Shown here: piece by piece, positions 50,034 through 59,682 of the stretch
How the letters are laid out: each line of letters starts with the position of its first letter
Position numbering within the stretch: the first letter of the stretch is position 1
Source: Actinomycetota bacterium
GTDB lineage: Bacteria > Actinomycetota > Geothermincolia > Fen-727 > Anoxymicrobiaceae
Length of the DNA stretch: 64,000 nucleotides
Direction of reading: 5' to 3'
Assembly: GCA_043807425.1 (NCBI GenBank)
Contig: JAZDFZ010000049.1
Location: 3,611-67,610, forward strand
Made by a program: the position numbers and the translations under genes
The notes under the pieces: model-generated
Seen by the model: only the letters and a program-made list of their open reading frames with translations
What the model was told of the DNA's origin: nothing
The model's database searches: none

Positions 50034-50747
50034 TCAAATTGATGGAAGCTCGGCCACGATGATGCGCATGCCTATCTCGACCGGCGGGATCGTCTCGACC
50101 TCGAGCACCTCGAATCCGGCGCCCTCGAGTGCCTCTCGCCACACGGCTTCCGTGGTCATGTACTCGCCCTCGTTGCTCAGGTCGCGCGGCAGGGTGGCGA
50201 GCATTATCTGCATCATCTCGTAGGCACCGTGGTCGAGGCAGAACAGCGCCGCCGCGGTCATCTTGTTTATTATGTCGCGGGAGCGTTCGGGGTCGAACGG
50301 CTCGCCGTCCACGTCCGTGAACATATCCGCGTAGACCAGCCGGCCCCCCGGCTTGAGCACCCTCGCCAGCTCGGCCGCGCACCGCCCACGGTCCTCGGGG
50401 GGCACGTGGTGCAGCGCCAGCTGTGTTACCAGGAAGTCGAAAGAGTCGCGGTCGTACGGTATACCCAGCGCGTCGCCGATCTTGACCTCGACGTCACCTG
50501 CGGCACCGAGGCGCTCGGCGTACTGCGCCCTCATCCCCTCGGACGGGTCCACCCCACGCACGTGCGCGCTCGGGAACCGCTCGAGCACGGCCGCGCTGAC
50601 ATTACCCGTCCCGCAGCCGAGGTCGAGCACCGCCATACCGGTCCTGTCCTCGAGGTGCCCCACGAGGCGGGCTATGGAGTCCAGGTACAGCGGGTTCTCC
50701 TTGAATATCCTGTCGTAGTCCTGCGAGAAACTGTCCCAGTCAGCCAT
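50034..50747 (-). CDS. class I SAM-dependent methyltransferase
   Basis: VLDLGCGTGNVS...FDFLVTQLALHHV...LKPGGRLVYAD. ATG 50747 after GGAGGA. Confidence 0.8.
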   Translation of the reverse strand: MADWDSFSQDYDRIFKENPLYLDSIARLVGHLEDRTGMAVLDLGCGTGNVSAAVLERFPSAHVRGVDPSEGMRAQYAERLGAAGDVEVKIGDALGIPYDRDSFDFLVTQLALHHVPPEDRGRCAAELARVLKPGGRLVYADMFTDVDGEPFDPERSRDIINKMTAAALFCLDHGAYEMMQIMLATLPRDLSNEGEYMTTEAVWREALEGAGFEVLEVETIPPVEIGMRIIVAELPSI

Positions 50748-50792
50748 CGTGTATCCTCCGTTGCGGCGTGGTTGATCAACCCATGGACGAAC

Positions 50793-50868
50793 GGGGGTCA
50801 GACACTTGCACGCTCTCAAGTCCCATAAGCACTCTGATTGGAGTCCACGCGTGAAATTGTCAGACGCC
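50793..50868. repeat. 76-bp GTCAGAC-core element, same subtype as 29731-29803
   Basis: Left end GGGGTCAGACACTTG is identical to the 29731 copy. Right end AATTGTCAGACGCC differs from 29790-29803 only at the central base. Confidence 0.85.
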
Positions 50869-50909
50869 CTCATTATTTTAACGCGCGCGGCCGCTATACT
50901 GTACTGACC

Positions 50910-51299
50910 ATGAACGAGCCCATAGCGGTTACCGCAGCAATAGTCGAGAGGGACGGCGAGGTGCTGCTGGCGCAACGTCCGCCGGGAGGCAGGCACCCCG
51001 GATGCTGGGAGTTCCCGGGAGGAAAGGTCGAGCCCGGCGAGACGCCCGAGCAGTGCCTCGCCCGGGAGATGACCGAGGAGATGGGAGTCGAGGTCCGGGT
51101 CGGAGAGCTGCTGGCCGGAGTGCGCCACGATTACCCGGACCTGTCACTGGAGCTGCTGGCGTTCCGCTGCAGCATCGTCTCCGGAGAGCCCGAGGACCTC
51201 CACTGCTCCGCCCACGCCTGGGTGCGACCCTCGGACCTGGAGTCGTACGACCTGCTGCCCCCTGATGTGCTGCTTGCCCTCGCGCTATTCCGGGAGTGA
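50910..51299 (+). CDS. NUDIX hydrolase (MutT-like)
   Basis: GCWEFPGGKVEPGETPEQCLAREMTEEMGV Nudix box. Confidence 0.85.
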   Translation: MNEPIAVTAAIVERDGEVLLAQRPPGGRHPGCWEFPGGKVEPGETPEQCLAREMTEEMGVEVRVGELLAGVRHDYPDLSLELLAFRCSIVSGEPEDLHCSAHAWVRPSDLESYDLLPPDVLLALALFRE

Positions 51300-51302
51300 G
51301 CG

Positions 51303-53738
51303 CTACCGGCGGTGGATGGTGAAGCTCTTGCCCGCGCTCTTGCCCCCGGCCGTCTGGACTTTCACCTGCACGGTCCCCTGGACGCCGGACGGCACCTGTA
51401 CCACGACCTGGTTGTTCGACCATGACCTGTAGCGCGTCGCCCGCTGGCTACCGAAGTAGACCTTCGTGACGCCTGAGCTCCAGCCTCCGAACCCCTGCCC
51501 GTTGACGGTCAACCACGTGCCCGGGTATCCCCAGCTCCGGCTCAGGGTGCTTATCTGCGGGATAACGCTGAACGCGACCCCGCCGGAGGTCCCTCCCCCC
51601 GTGGTGACGGTCACTTGCGGACGGCCACCGACCCCCGACGGCACCTTCACCCTCAACGAGGTGCTGCTCCAGGCGAGGTAATCGGAGGATGCACACGCCC
51701 GGGAACCGAACCTCACGACCGATGAGCCGCGCGACGCGCCGAACCCCGAGCCTAGAATGGTGACGGCCGACCCCCTCGTCCCCGAGGACGGGCTCAACCC
51801 GCTGATCGAGGGAGCCTGTTGGGTCGAGCCGTAGCTGAAGCCCAGCAGGTAATCGTCGGTAGTGGAGAAACCGTCGTAGGGATAGACGTGCAGGTAGTAC
51901 CTGGCCGCATCCGGGTAGTGGAACTCTATCAGCTCATCCAGGTTGGACTCGTTTATGGAGGAGGCGACCTGCTGACCGTACTGATCGTAGACGTAGAGAT
52001 CGTAGTCGCAGCCGGCGGGTACGCTCAACAGCTCCACTGCGATGACGTCCGTGCCGGATGGGACGTCCGTATAGTAATAGTCGTCGTCGTACGCGGCTGC
52101 CACGTGCGACGAGTAATATGAGTCCGGCTGAAGGGGCCCGTAGGCCTCGGCGATTCCGTCGTTTGGCTCGAAGTCCTCGCCTGGCGGCCCGGTCACGGTG
52201 AACCCCCCGGACAGCGTCCCGGAGGACGCGTCGGGGTTGGTCACCACCACATCCCAGGCACCCTCGGCCGCACCCGCGAGATTCACGGTGCAGTCGATCC
52301 TGGTCGAGCCGGTCGGAGCCTCCCCCGTGGCCTCGATGTCCGGCGATCCGCTCCGCGATAGTCGGACCTGGCTGCCCGACACGAACCCGGACCCGCTCAC
52401 CGCGACGTCGAGCAGGGTGATATTGATCCCCTGGTTGGGGTCGATACCCGTCACACCGGGCCCGGACGGGGGTGCGCCCCCGACCGTGAAGTTGACCCCG
52501 TTGCTGGCCGCGCCGTCCCAGTCGTACACCACGACCGGGCCGCTTGTCGCACCCGAAGGTACGGTGGCGGTCACCCTGGCGTTGGTGAAGCCGACCTGGT
52601 TCGCCGCCGTCCCGTTGAAGGTCACTCGCGCGGAGCGCCTCAAGGCCCCGAAGTTGTTGCCGTTGACCTGGACGCTGGTGCCCACGCTGCCCGAGCCCGG
52701 GTTCAGGCTGCTGATCGAAGGCCCGTCCCCGGAGAGGTCGCCCATGGACCAGGCCTCCCAGACGTACCTCTTCGCGAAGTCGTAGCTCAGGTAGACGAAC
52801 CCGTGGTTGGTCCCGTTCCAGTTGTACCCCCAGGAGTTGACCATCTTGAAGCCGCCCCTGTGGTCGGCGTCCGACCCGCCGGGGTTCGCATTGTCGTCAT
52901 ACCCCACTATGCATACGCCGTGCCCCCCGGCGATACCCGAGGACCCGTTGTAGTCGTAGTACGCCTTGGCCGGGTTGCCGCCGTAGTTGGGGAAGTCGTT
53001 GTAGATGGGGATCCCCATGACCAGCATCTTCCCCTGGTCCAGCCACGCCTTCGCGTTGGCGATGTTGTTGGGATTGGTGAACGGGCCGTAGGTGCTCTGG
53101 TTCCAGAACGCGCTCCACCCCGAGGGGATCCTGTAAGGCCTGGCGGCCTCGTTCTGGGCGGAGGTCGGCTGCCTGGTGTAGTTGGAGTCGGTGTACGCGA
53201 ACTCTGCGATGTCCACGGCGCCCTTGTTCTGCAGCAGCGAGAAGGCGTCCGGGAAGTTGGCACCGCCGTCCTGGCCGCCGTTGATCTGGTTGTAGGTCCA
53301 CGACGGGCTGAACTGGTAGTTGGCGTTGGCGAGGTTCCAGCCGGTGTGCTCCTGCTTCTCCGACCAGGTCTTGTAGTAGTAGGTTGAGGACCAGCCAACA
53401 CACGACCCCTGACTTCCCTGGTCGCCGATCGGCGGGAGCTGGCTCGAGAGGTCCACCGCCGCGGGCAGGTCCTCGCCGGCCTCGAGCTTGGGGGCCAGCT
53501 CGGCCTGCGGGTAGTCGGCCTCAGGGGCCAGCTTGAACCCCAGGTGGTGCTCCCCGTCACCCTCGACCAACTGATCGTCGGCCAGGAAAGAGCGCACGTC
53601 GTCCGCCGCGGCCAGTGGCGCGACCAGCGCCGGTAGAGTCAGTGCAAAGAGAAGAATGATTAGTGCGATAGCAAGCAGACGTCGTGGCCCGCCACCCTCA
53701 GGCCGACCGATTGACCGGATACCGTTTCGTGCTTCCAT
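51303..53738 (-). CDS. secreted papain-like (C1) cysteine peptidase with IPT/TIG-like domains and a pre-peptidase C-terminal-type domain
   Basis: QGSQGSCVGWS (Cys), GGHGVCIVGYDD (His), VNSWG. Four units of the type ISSLNPGSGSVGTSVQVNGNNFG. EPNDGIAEAYGPL...YYLHVYPY. ATG 53738 after AAGGGGG. Confidence 0.8.
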   Translation of the reverse strand: MEARNGIRSIGRPEGGGPRRLLAIALIILLFALTLPALVAPLAAADDVRSFLADDQLVEGDGEHHLGFKLAPEADYPQAELAPKLEAGEDLPAAVDLSSQLPPIGDQGSQGSCVGWSSTYYYKTWSEKQEHTGWNLANANYQFSPSWTYNQINGGQDGGANFPDAFSLLQNKGAVDIAEFAYTDSNYTRQPTSAQNEAARPYRIPSGWSAFWNQSTYGPFTNPNNIANAKAWLDQGKMLVMGIPIYNDFPNYGGNPAKAYYDYNGSSGIAGGHGVCIVGYDDNANPGGSDADHRGGFKMVNSWGYNWNGTNHGFVYLSYDFAKRYVWEAWSMGDLSGDGPSISSLNPGSGSVGTSVQVNGNNFGALRRSARVTFNGTAANQVGFTNARVTATVPSGATSGPVVVYDWDGAASNGVNFTVGGAPPSGPGVTGIDPNQGINITLLDVAVSGSGFVSGSQVRLSRSGSPDIEATGEAPTGSTRIDCTVNLAGAAEGAWDVVVTNPDASSGTLSGGFTVTGPPGEDFEPNDGIAEAYGPLQPDSYYSSHVAAAYDDDYYYTDVPSGTDVIAVELLSVPAGCDYDLYVYDQYGQQVASSINESNLDELIEFHYPDAARYYLHVYPYDGFSTTDDYLLGFSYGSTQQAPSISGLSPSSGTRGSAVTILGSGFGASRGSSVVRFGSRACASSDYLAWSSTSLRVKVPSGVGGRPQVTVTTGGGTSGGVAFSVIPQISTLSRSWGYPGTWLTVNGQGFGGWSSGVTKVYFGSQRATRYRSWSNNQVVVQVPSGVQGTVQVKVQTAGGKSAGKSFTIHRR

Positions 53739-53875
53739 GCCTACCCCCTTCAGGCAGTAGAGGAGTGCTGGCGCGTCGTAAGAAGCGCCCGGCCCCTCTG
53801 TCAATCAATCGTAGGGTTAGACGAGGGACTTGATGCGGGGTTCCTACAGGGTCGATAAATAGCCCAATGGTATGA

Positions 53876-54022
53876 GTGATACGTAACCCGTATCACCTAC
53901 ACGGGAATACACCTCAACCAACTTTTCCCACTCACTGCCACCGTTCGGGTTGCGTGAGAAATAGTGGTTGAGGTGATTTCTCACGGGGAGTATGAGAAAT
54001 AATGGTTGAGGTGAATTCTCAG
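53876..54022. repeat. hairpin/repeat cluster: three copies of TGGTTGAGGTG, two presented in hairpin loops
   Basis: Hairpin GTGATACG/CGTATCAC (53876-53896). 11-mer at 53910-53920 (inverted), 53965-53975 and 54003-54013. Units GTGAGAAAT..ATTTCTCAC (53954-53984) and TGAGAAAT..AATTCTCA (53993-54021). Confidence 0.8.
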
Positions 54023-55239
54023 AGCAGGGACTGCTGGCTTATCTCGATCGCCTGCTCTATCTGCTCGGCCAGTACCGGGGGGAGTCCCTCGATATCTACG
54101 TTCATGAAACCGCGGACGATGGTGGCCACCGCCTCGTCCTCGGACAGGCCGCGCGCCATCAGGTACTCGACCTCGTCGCGGGCGATCTTGCCGACCGCGG
54201 CCTCGTGACTCATGTCCACGCCCTCGACCTTCCCGTCCAGCTCGGGGATGGCATAGATGCGGCCCCCGCCCTTCAGGATCATCCCCCGGCATTCCAGGTG
54301 CGCCTTGACACCGGCCACCTCTCCGATCAGCAGTCCGCGGTTGATGACCTCGCCGCCGGTGGTGATGGACCGCGCTATCATCTCGCAGCGCGTCCCGGGC
54401 GCCGACAGGACCGCCTTGCTGCCGACGTCCATGTGCGAGCCCGCGGGGGCCATCAATACCGAGTTGAAGCGCGCTGTAGCTCCCTCGCCGACCAGGAACG
54501 CGGCCGGGAAGAGCTGAAGTGTCTGGACCGGGTGAAGGCAGATGTAGTTGTTGAGGAAGACACCGTTTTCCTCCACGCGGATGCCGCTCCGGGGGCGCAC
54601 CGATATCTTCGGCGCCCAGTTGTGGATCATGGAGAAGGAGATCTTCGCGTTCTTCTTCACGTAGAACTCGCTGATGCCGACATGCAGGCCGCGCAGCTCG
54701 GGCGAGTCCGTGGCGCACCCGGTGATGATGTGCAGCTCGCTGTCCTCCTCGGCGATTATTATGTTGTGGACGTTCTGGCTGATGTCGGCCTCTTTCAGGT
54801 AGAGGCACGCCTGGACCGGAAAGACCGTCTTCGCCCCGGGCAGGGCCCTGATGAAGTACCCGTCCTGGAAGTTGAGCTCAGCGCTGGCCGTGTACTTGTC
54901 GGCGTCGACACTCACCACCTGCCAGAGGTACTCCTCCAGCCAGTCGTACCGCTCCATGGCGGCCCGGGTAGAGGTGACCTCGATCCCCTCCTGGGTGGGC
55001 GCCGCGTGGACCACCGACTTGTCCACCTGGATGAACGAGCCGCTGCGGCCCTCTCCCGACACGTCAACGCCCGCGTTGAGGAGGCGCTCCCGGTCCACCA
55101 GGTCGATCTCGGCCAGCGGCCTCGGCTCGTAGGCCGGAGCCTCGAGCGTGTACTCCGAAAGCTCTATGTCCGGACCGAACTTCCCCGGCTTCTGGCGGGC
55201 GGCCTCCGCCTTCTTCCTTACTTCAGCTCTCTCTGGCAC
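54019..55239 (-). CDS. SufB/SufD-family Fe-S cluster assembly protein (single copy)
   Basis: Beta-helix-type C-terminal half ...GTRCEMIARSITTGGEVINRGLLIG...HLECRGMIL...HEAAVGKI. Start uncertain (GTG 55239 or track start 55305). Confidence 0.8.
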   Translation of the reverse strand: MPERAEVRKKAEAARQKPGKFGPDIELSEYTLEAPAYEPRPLAEIDLVDRERLLNAGVDVSGEGRSGSFIQVDKSVVHAAPTQEGIEVTSTRAAMERYDWLEEYLWQVVSVDADKYTASAELNFQDGYFIRALPGAKTVFPVQACLYLKEADISQNVHNIIIAEEDSELHIITGCATDSPELRGLHVGISEFYVKKNAKISFSMIHNWAPKISVRPRSGIRVEENGVFLNNYICLHPVQTLQLFPAAFLVGEGATARFNSVLMAPAGSHMDVGSKAVLSAPGTRCEMIARSITTGGEVINRGLLIGEVAGVKAHLECRGMILKGGGRIYAIPELDGKVEGVDMSHEAAVGKIARDEVEYLMARGLSEDEAVATIVRGFMNVDIEGLPPVLAEQIEQAIEISQQSLL

Positions 55240-55949
55240 GTCAGGCACTCCTCGTAGCCGTGTTCCCGGATACCCTTCATGATCTCGTGGGGGTTGCCGG
55301 TGCACCAGATGGTCTCATTGACCAGCACGCACCCCTTGTCGGCCTCCACGTAGTCAAGGATGTACCCGGAGTGGGTGATGATGAGCCCGGACTTGGAGCG
55401 CCCCCGGTGGACGTCGCGCTGGAGCAGGCGCCCGATCGCGTTGCCTACCACGTCCAGGTTGACCAGGTCCACGCCGGACTCGGGCTCGTCCAGCAGGACC
55501 AGGTCCGGGTCCTGGGCCATGAGCTGCAGGAGCTCGGCACTCTTGATCTCGCCCCCTGAGAACCCCGCGTTGATATCGCGCTCCAGGAACTCGGTGAAGT
55601 TGACCTGGGCCGCCAGCTCCTCGGCGTCCATGCCGTTCCGCTTGATGATCTCCAGCATGTCCTTGACCTTCAGGCCGCGGATGGTCGGAGGCCGCTGGAA
55701 CATGATGCCGATGCCCCGCCGGGCCCTCTCGTCGGGGGTCAGACCGGTGATGTCCTCGCCCTTGAAGCGGATGCGGCCGCTCTCCACGCGATAGTCGCCC
55801 AGGCCCATGACGGCCATCAGCAGGGAGGTCTTACCGCTGCCGTTCTCCCCGAACAGCATCCTCGTCTCGCCGTCCTCGATTCTCAGGTTGATGTCGGTCA
55901 GTAACCGATTACCCTCAATAGAGACGGTGAGGTCCTCTATCTCCAGCAT
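55218..55949 (-). CDS. sufC: Fe-S cluster assembly ATPase SufC
   Basis: LFGENGSGKTSL Walker A, FSGGEIKSAELLQL signature, LVLLDEPESGVD Walker B. ATG 55949 after AAGGAG. Confidence 0.9.
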   Translation of the reverse strand: MLEIEDLTVSIEGNRLLTDINLRIEDGETRMLFGENGSGKTSLLMAVMGLGDYRVESGRIRFKGEDITGLTPDERARRGIGIMFQRPPTIRGLKVKDMLEIIKRNGMDAEELAAQVNFTEFLERDINAGFSGGEIKSAELLQLMAQDPDLVLLDEPESGVDLVNLDVVGNAIGRLLQRDVHRGRSKSGLIITHSGYILDYVEADKGCVLVNETIWCTGNPHEIMKGIREHGYEECLTCQRELK

Positions 55950-56021
55950 CGCAGGCTCCTTCAGTAGGCAAGTCGGCACGGCTATTATAGCGCGGGGTAA
56001 TCCGGCGAAGCGGTCCCCGGG

Positions 56022-56030
56022 TGATAGAAT
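56022..56030 (+). promoter_or_regulatory. candidate extended -10 element for fixCX
   Basis: TGATAGAAT, 39 nt upstream of ATG 56069. Confidence 0.3.
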
Positions 56031-56068
56031 CCGGGACGATCGTGTCTCGCATGTTCAAAGGAGAGCCG

Positions 56069-57406
56069 ATGGACAAGGTCGACTGCGTCGTGGTGGGGGC
56101 GGGACCGGCCGGTTCGGCGTGCGCCATAGCCCTGGCACGCCAGGGCATAAAGACGGTCCTGGTGGAGAGGGGCGGGAACGCGGGTGACAAGAACGTCGCC
56201 TCGTTCGTCCTCTTCGGGGAAATACTGAGAGGCATCATCCCGGGATTCGAGAGCGAGGCCCCCCTGGAGAGGGCCACCGGCGACACCTCCTTCATGTGCC
56301 TCAGGGAGAAGGACTTCATCGAGTTCCGGGCCAGGCTGGGCTCCTACTTCGAAAGCCCGAGTATCTTCACGGCGTACAGGAGCCGGTTCGACCGCTGGTT
56401 CTCCCAGAAGGCGGAGGAGGCGGGAGCCGAGCTGGTGCGGGGACAGCTCGTGACCGGCCTGCTGAAGGAGAACGGCCGCGTGGTGGGGATCCGGGTCGGC
56501 GAGGACGAACTGCCGGCCGACGTCGTCGTCGGCGCGGACGGCATACACTCGGTGGTCTCACGCGAGGCGGGGCTGTACGTGGATGACACCTCGCGCTACA
56601 TGCTCGGCGTGAAGGAGGTCCTGGACCTCCCGCCGGAGGTGATAGAGGAGAGGTTCGGGCTCGGGCCCGGCGAGGGCTGCGTGAAGGACGGATGGGGTTA
56701 TCCCGTGAGCGACGTGGGGGGCCTGTTCACCATCTACACCAACAGCGATGCGGTCTCGGTCTGCCTGTTCGTCCCGGTGGACGCGGTCAAGGAGGCGAGG
56801 GTCAACCTGCGCGAGCGCCTCGAGGACCTCAAGACACACCCCTACCTGCACGCGCTCGTCCGCGACTCGAAGTTGAGGGAGTACGAGGCGCACATCCTGG
56901 CCGACGGGGGCAGGATGAAGGTGGACCGTCTGTACGGCGACGGTGTGCTCCTCTGCGGGGAGGCGGGGGGGTTCAACAGCGGCATGTGGATCGGGGTCCC
57001 CTCCGGCATGCTCTCAGGCCTCAAGGCCGCCGAAGCGGTGGCCCGGGCGAGGCGGACGGGGAGGTACGACGCCGAGGCCCTCTCCTGTTACAGGGAGATC
57101 CTGTTCGAGACCGGGCTGCCGCGCATGCTGTACAACGCCACCCGCTACAGTGACTTCATGGTGAGCTCGGCCAGGAAGCACATGGAGAAGTTCACAGATA
57201 ACCTGTTCGGGCTGCTGGAGGACACCATAATGGAGGAGGTCAACTTCCAGGAGCCGGAACCGTACCCCGCACTGGAGAAGGCGTACACCGGCCTGGTCGC
57301 CGACTACGTGCCGGGGTTCCTGGCCCGGCCGCTTGCGATGCTGGTCAAGGCCCTGGGCAGGTGTGAGTCCTGGTGGGCGAAGAGGAAGATAAGGAGGACG
57401 GTCTGA
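56069..57406 (+). CDS. fixC: FAD-dependent oxidoreductase, FixC / ETF-quinone-oxidoreductase-like
   Basis: DCVVVGAGPAGSACAIALARQGIKTVLVERG. Followed by a fixX-type gene with a TGATG overlap. Confidence 0.8.
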   Translation: MDKVDCVVVGAGPAGSACAIALARQGIKTVLVERGGNAGDKNVASFVLFGEILRGIIPGFESEAPLERATGDTSFMCLREKDFIEFRARLGSYFESPSIFTAYRSRFDRWFSQKAEEAGAELVRGQLVTGLLKENGRVVGIRVGEDELPADVVVGADGIHSVVSREAGLYVDDTSRYMLGVKEVLDLPPEVIEERFGLGPGEGCVKDGWGYPVSDVGGLFTIYTNSDAVSVCLFVPVDAVKEARVNLRERLEDLKTHPYLHALVRDSKLREYEAHILADGGRMKVDRLYGDGVLLCGEAGGFNSGMWIGVPSGMLSGLKAAEAVARARRTGRYDAEALSCYREILFETGLPRMLYNATRYSDFMVSSARKHMEKFTDNLFGLLEDTIMEEVNFQEPEPYPALEKAYTGLVADYVPGFLARPLAMLVKALGRCESWWAKRKIRRTV

Positions 57407-57696
57407 TGGCCGAGCGCAAGGCGAACATAGACGAGAAGCTGTCGCACGTGGCCTTCGACATCGACAAGGAAGCGCACATCACGGTGAAGAAGGAGCGCTG
57501 CGGCGAGTGCAGGCCCAGGCCGTGCCTGTCCGCGTGCCCGGCAGAGAACTACACCTGGAACGACCCCGACGACGAGCTGCTCTTCAACTACGAGGGGTGT
57601 CTGGAGTGTGGCACCTGCCGGTTCATCTGCCCCCTGGACGCCATCGAGTGGTCGTATCCAAGGGGAGGCTTCGGGGTCAGGTACCGGTACGGCTGA
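57406..57696 (+). CDS. fixX: ferredoxin-like protein FixX
   Basis: CGECRPRPCLSACPAENY...CLECGTCRFICP...IEWSYPRGGFGVRYRYG. Confidence 0.8.
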   Translation: MAERKANIDEKLSHVAFDIDKEAHITVKKERCGECRPRPCLSACPAENYTWNDPDDELLFNYEGCLECGTCRFICPLDAIEWSYPRGGFGVRYRYG

Positions 57697-57711
57697 GCCG
57701 GACCCCGGCCG

Positions 57712-58332
57712 CTACTTCCCGACCTCGAGCGAATCGACTATCTCGTCGAATGTGGCTGAATCGGCCCTCCCGCCCGTGGTCATGTGCAGGAAGTCCATGA
57801 GGTAGCGTTGCGCACCCGCGTCTATGAGTACCTGGCCGTCCTCCGCGGCGGCGTTGCTGTTGTAGTACGAGGTGAAGATCGTGCTGGCTCTCATGCCGCC
57901 GACCTGCTCATCCTGAAAACGGGGCCCCTCCACCGTCAGCCCCTGCTCGCGTAACTTGGCCACCTTGCTATTGGTGGAGTCGATCCCCACCTGCTTGAGG
58001 CGGTCCCAGGATTCCTGGTCGAGCTCCTTCTCTCCCGGCATCCGCGAGACCCCGAGCAGAAAGATGGAGTCGTTCGAGCCCTTTTCCGCCAGCGCCACGA
58101 CGTTGTACTTCTCCGGCACGCCGTCATCCTGGTCGAAACCGAACTCCGCGCGGTTCTCCTTGGTGACCCTGCGCAAACGGGACGGGTACTCGAATGTGAA
58201 AGGTACATCCGCGGCGCTGAATTCCTCTGTCCCGCCCGAGAGCAGCCCCGGGAGGAACACGGCGGCGGCCACCGCGCCGGCTACCAGGGCTATTACTATT
58301 CCAACGATCAGGACCGTTCTGGAACCACTCAC
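57712..58332 (-). CDS. membrane-anchored hypothetical protein
   Basis: 206 aa. Single N-terminal TM VLIVGIVIALVAGAVAAAVFL. No motif I recognise. Confidence 0.5.
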   Translation of the reverse strand: MSGSRTVLIVGIVIALVAGAVAAAVFLPGLLSGGTEEFSAADVPFTFEYPSRLRRVTKENRAEFGFDQDDGVPEKYNVVALAEKGSNDSIFLLGVSRMPGEKELDQESWDRLKQVGIDSTNSKVAKLREQGLTVEGPRFQDEQVGGMRASTIFTSYYNSNAAAEDGQVLIDAGAQRYLMDFLHMTTGGRADSATFDEIVDSLEVGK

Positions 58333-58407
58333 CGCGGGGACCTCCTCAGGTGGTACATGCGTGGAGTATATACGAAAGGGAAGCAGGCAGGGCGGCGATC
58401 AGGAGCG

Positions 58408-59682
58408 TTATTCGAGCCAGGCCAGGCGGGGTTCCAGGTCCATCTGGAACTCCGGCAGCGCCCGGTCCAGCTCCTCTAGGTATCGCGGCGGGTCCACGCA
58501 CGCCTCGGGGGCCACGACGCCCCGGGCAGTCACCTCCCCCGAGAGCATCAGGGACGCGAAGGCCGCCAGGCAGGTGCCGGTCACCACGTCTATGTCCATG
58601 CTGCCCTCGCCCTCGCCCTGTGCCGACGACTGGGCCGTCGTTATCCGCGCGGGCTTTCCGTCCTTCACGCCGGTCACCGACACGTACAGTCCCCCCAGCG
58701 ACTCGGCCTGCAATTTCCCCCTGGCAGCCCTGGCGAGCCCTCCCAGGTCGCCGATGGTTATCTCGCCGCGCACAAGCTGGCCGGCCGTCCCCTCGAGCAC
58801 CCCCAGGAAAGGCCTCCAGGCGGGCACCTTGCCGCCGGTGTCGAGCGCCACGATGAAATCGACGGCCTTCTTCATGTTCACCGTCCCGTGGGTCACCTGT
58901 GCCGCGACACCCCTGAAGAGGCCGTTGAGGTACGGCGGGTGAATGGCGCCCATGGTGCGCAGATCCCGCAGCCCCGGCATGAACCGCGGGAGCGTCGCCG
59001 GCTCGGCGTGCCCGAGCTCGAAGACCATGTAAGGGCCCAGCGGCTCGGGGAAATCAACGGTCCTGCCCGATTTGAACGCAGGGATCATGGTCCTTGCGCC
59101 ATCGCGAACGGTGGCGCACTCCCCGACGCAGCAGTGCAGCATGTGCTCGATGACGCCGACGCTGCCGGCCGGCCGGTCCTCGGAGGGCGGGGTCTGGCCG
59201 CTGACCCAGGCGAGCTCGATGTCCAGGAGCTCGTCCAGCATGTCGGCGTTCCGGCGCGCGAGCACGTTGACCAGCCCCGGGGCTATCCCGCAGCAGATCA
59301 GCGCGGTGACGGCCTGCCCGCGTGCTTTCTCGTCGAGCTCCAGCAGGGAGAGCGCGGAGTCCTCGTCGTCGCACATGTCCACGTAGTCGACACCGCCGGC
59401 GATACAGGCCTCCAGCACCGGCCTGCCCGTACGGTAGTACGGCCCCGTGCAGTTCATGACCAGGCGCGCGCCGGAGACGACCTCTTTCAATCCCGGCGCG
59501 TCGAAGATATCGACGGACGCGGCGGAGACCTCCTCGCCTCCCAGCTCGCGGGCCAGGTGCTCCGCTCCCGGGACGTCCAGGTCGGCCAGCGTGATACGGC
59601 AGTCGTCCCTGAGAAGCCGGAGCTTTGTGACCGCCACCCGCGCCATGTCGCCGGCGCCTCCGACCACAACCACCTCGTGCAT
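58408..59682 (-). CDS. saccharopine dehydrogenase family NAD(P)-binding protein
   Basis: HEVVVVGGAGDMARV Rossmann start...VMNCTGPYYRTGRPVLEACIAGGVDYVDMCDD. Confidence 0.8.
   Translation of the reverse strand: MHEVVVVGGAGDMARVAVTKLRLLRDDCRITLADLDVPGAEHLARELGGEEVSAASVDIFDAPGLKEVVSGARLVMNCTGPYYRTGRPVLEACIAGGVDYVDMCDDEDSALSLLELDEKARGQAVTALICCGIAPGLVNVLARRNADMLDELLDIELAWVSGQTPPSEDRPAGSVGVIEHMLHCCVGECATVRDGARTMIPAFKSGRTVDFPEPLGPYMVFELGHAEPATLPRFMPGLRDLRTMGAIHPPYLNGLFRGVAAQVTHGTVNMKKAVDFIVALDTGGKVPAWRPFLGVLEGTAGQLVRGEITIGDLGGLARAARGKLQAESLGGLYVSVTGVKDGKPARITTAQSSAQGEGEGSMDIDVVTGTCLAAFASLMLSGEVTARGVVAPEACVDPPRYLEELDRALPEFQMDLEPRLAWLE

Noticed and set aside
53954-54022. Two similar ~31-bp palindromic units 38 bp apart, considered as a possible CRISPR array.
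   Set aside because: There are only two units, the spacer is 7 bp rather than ~30 bp, no cas genes are present, and the units differ at several positions.
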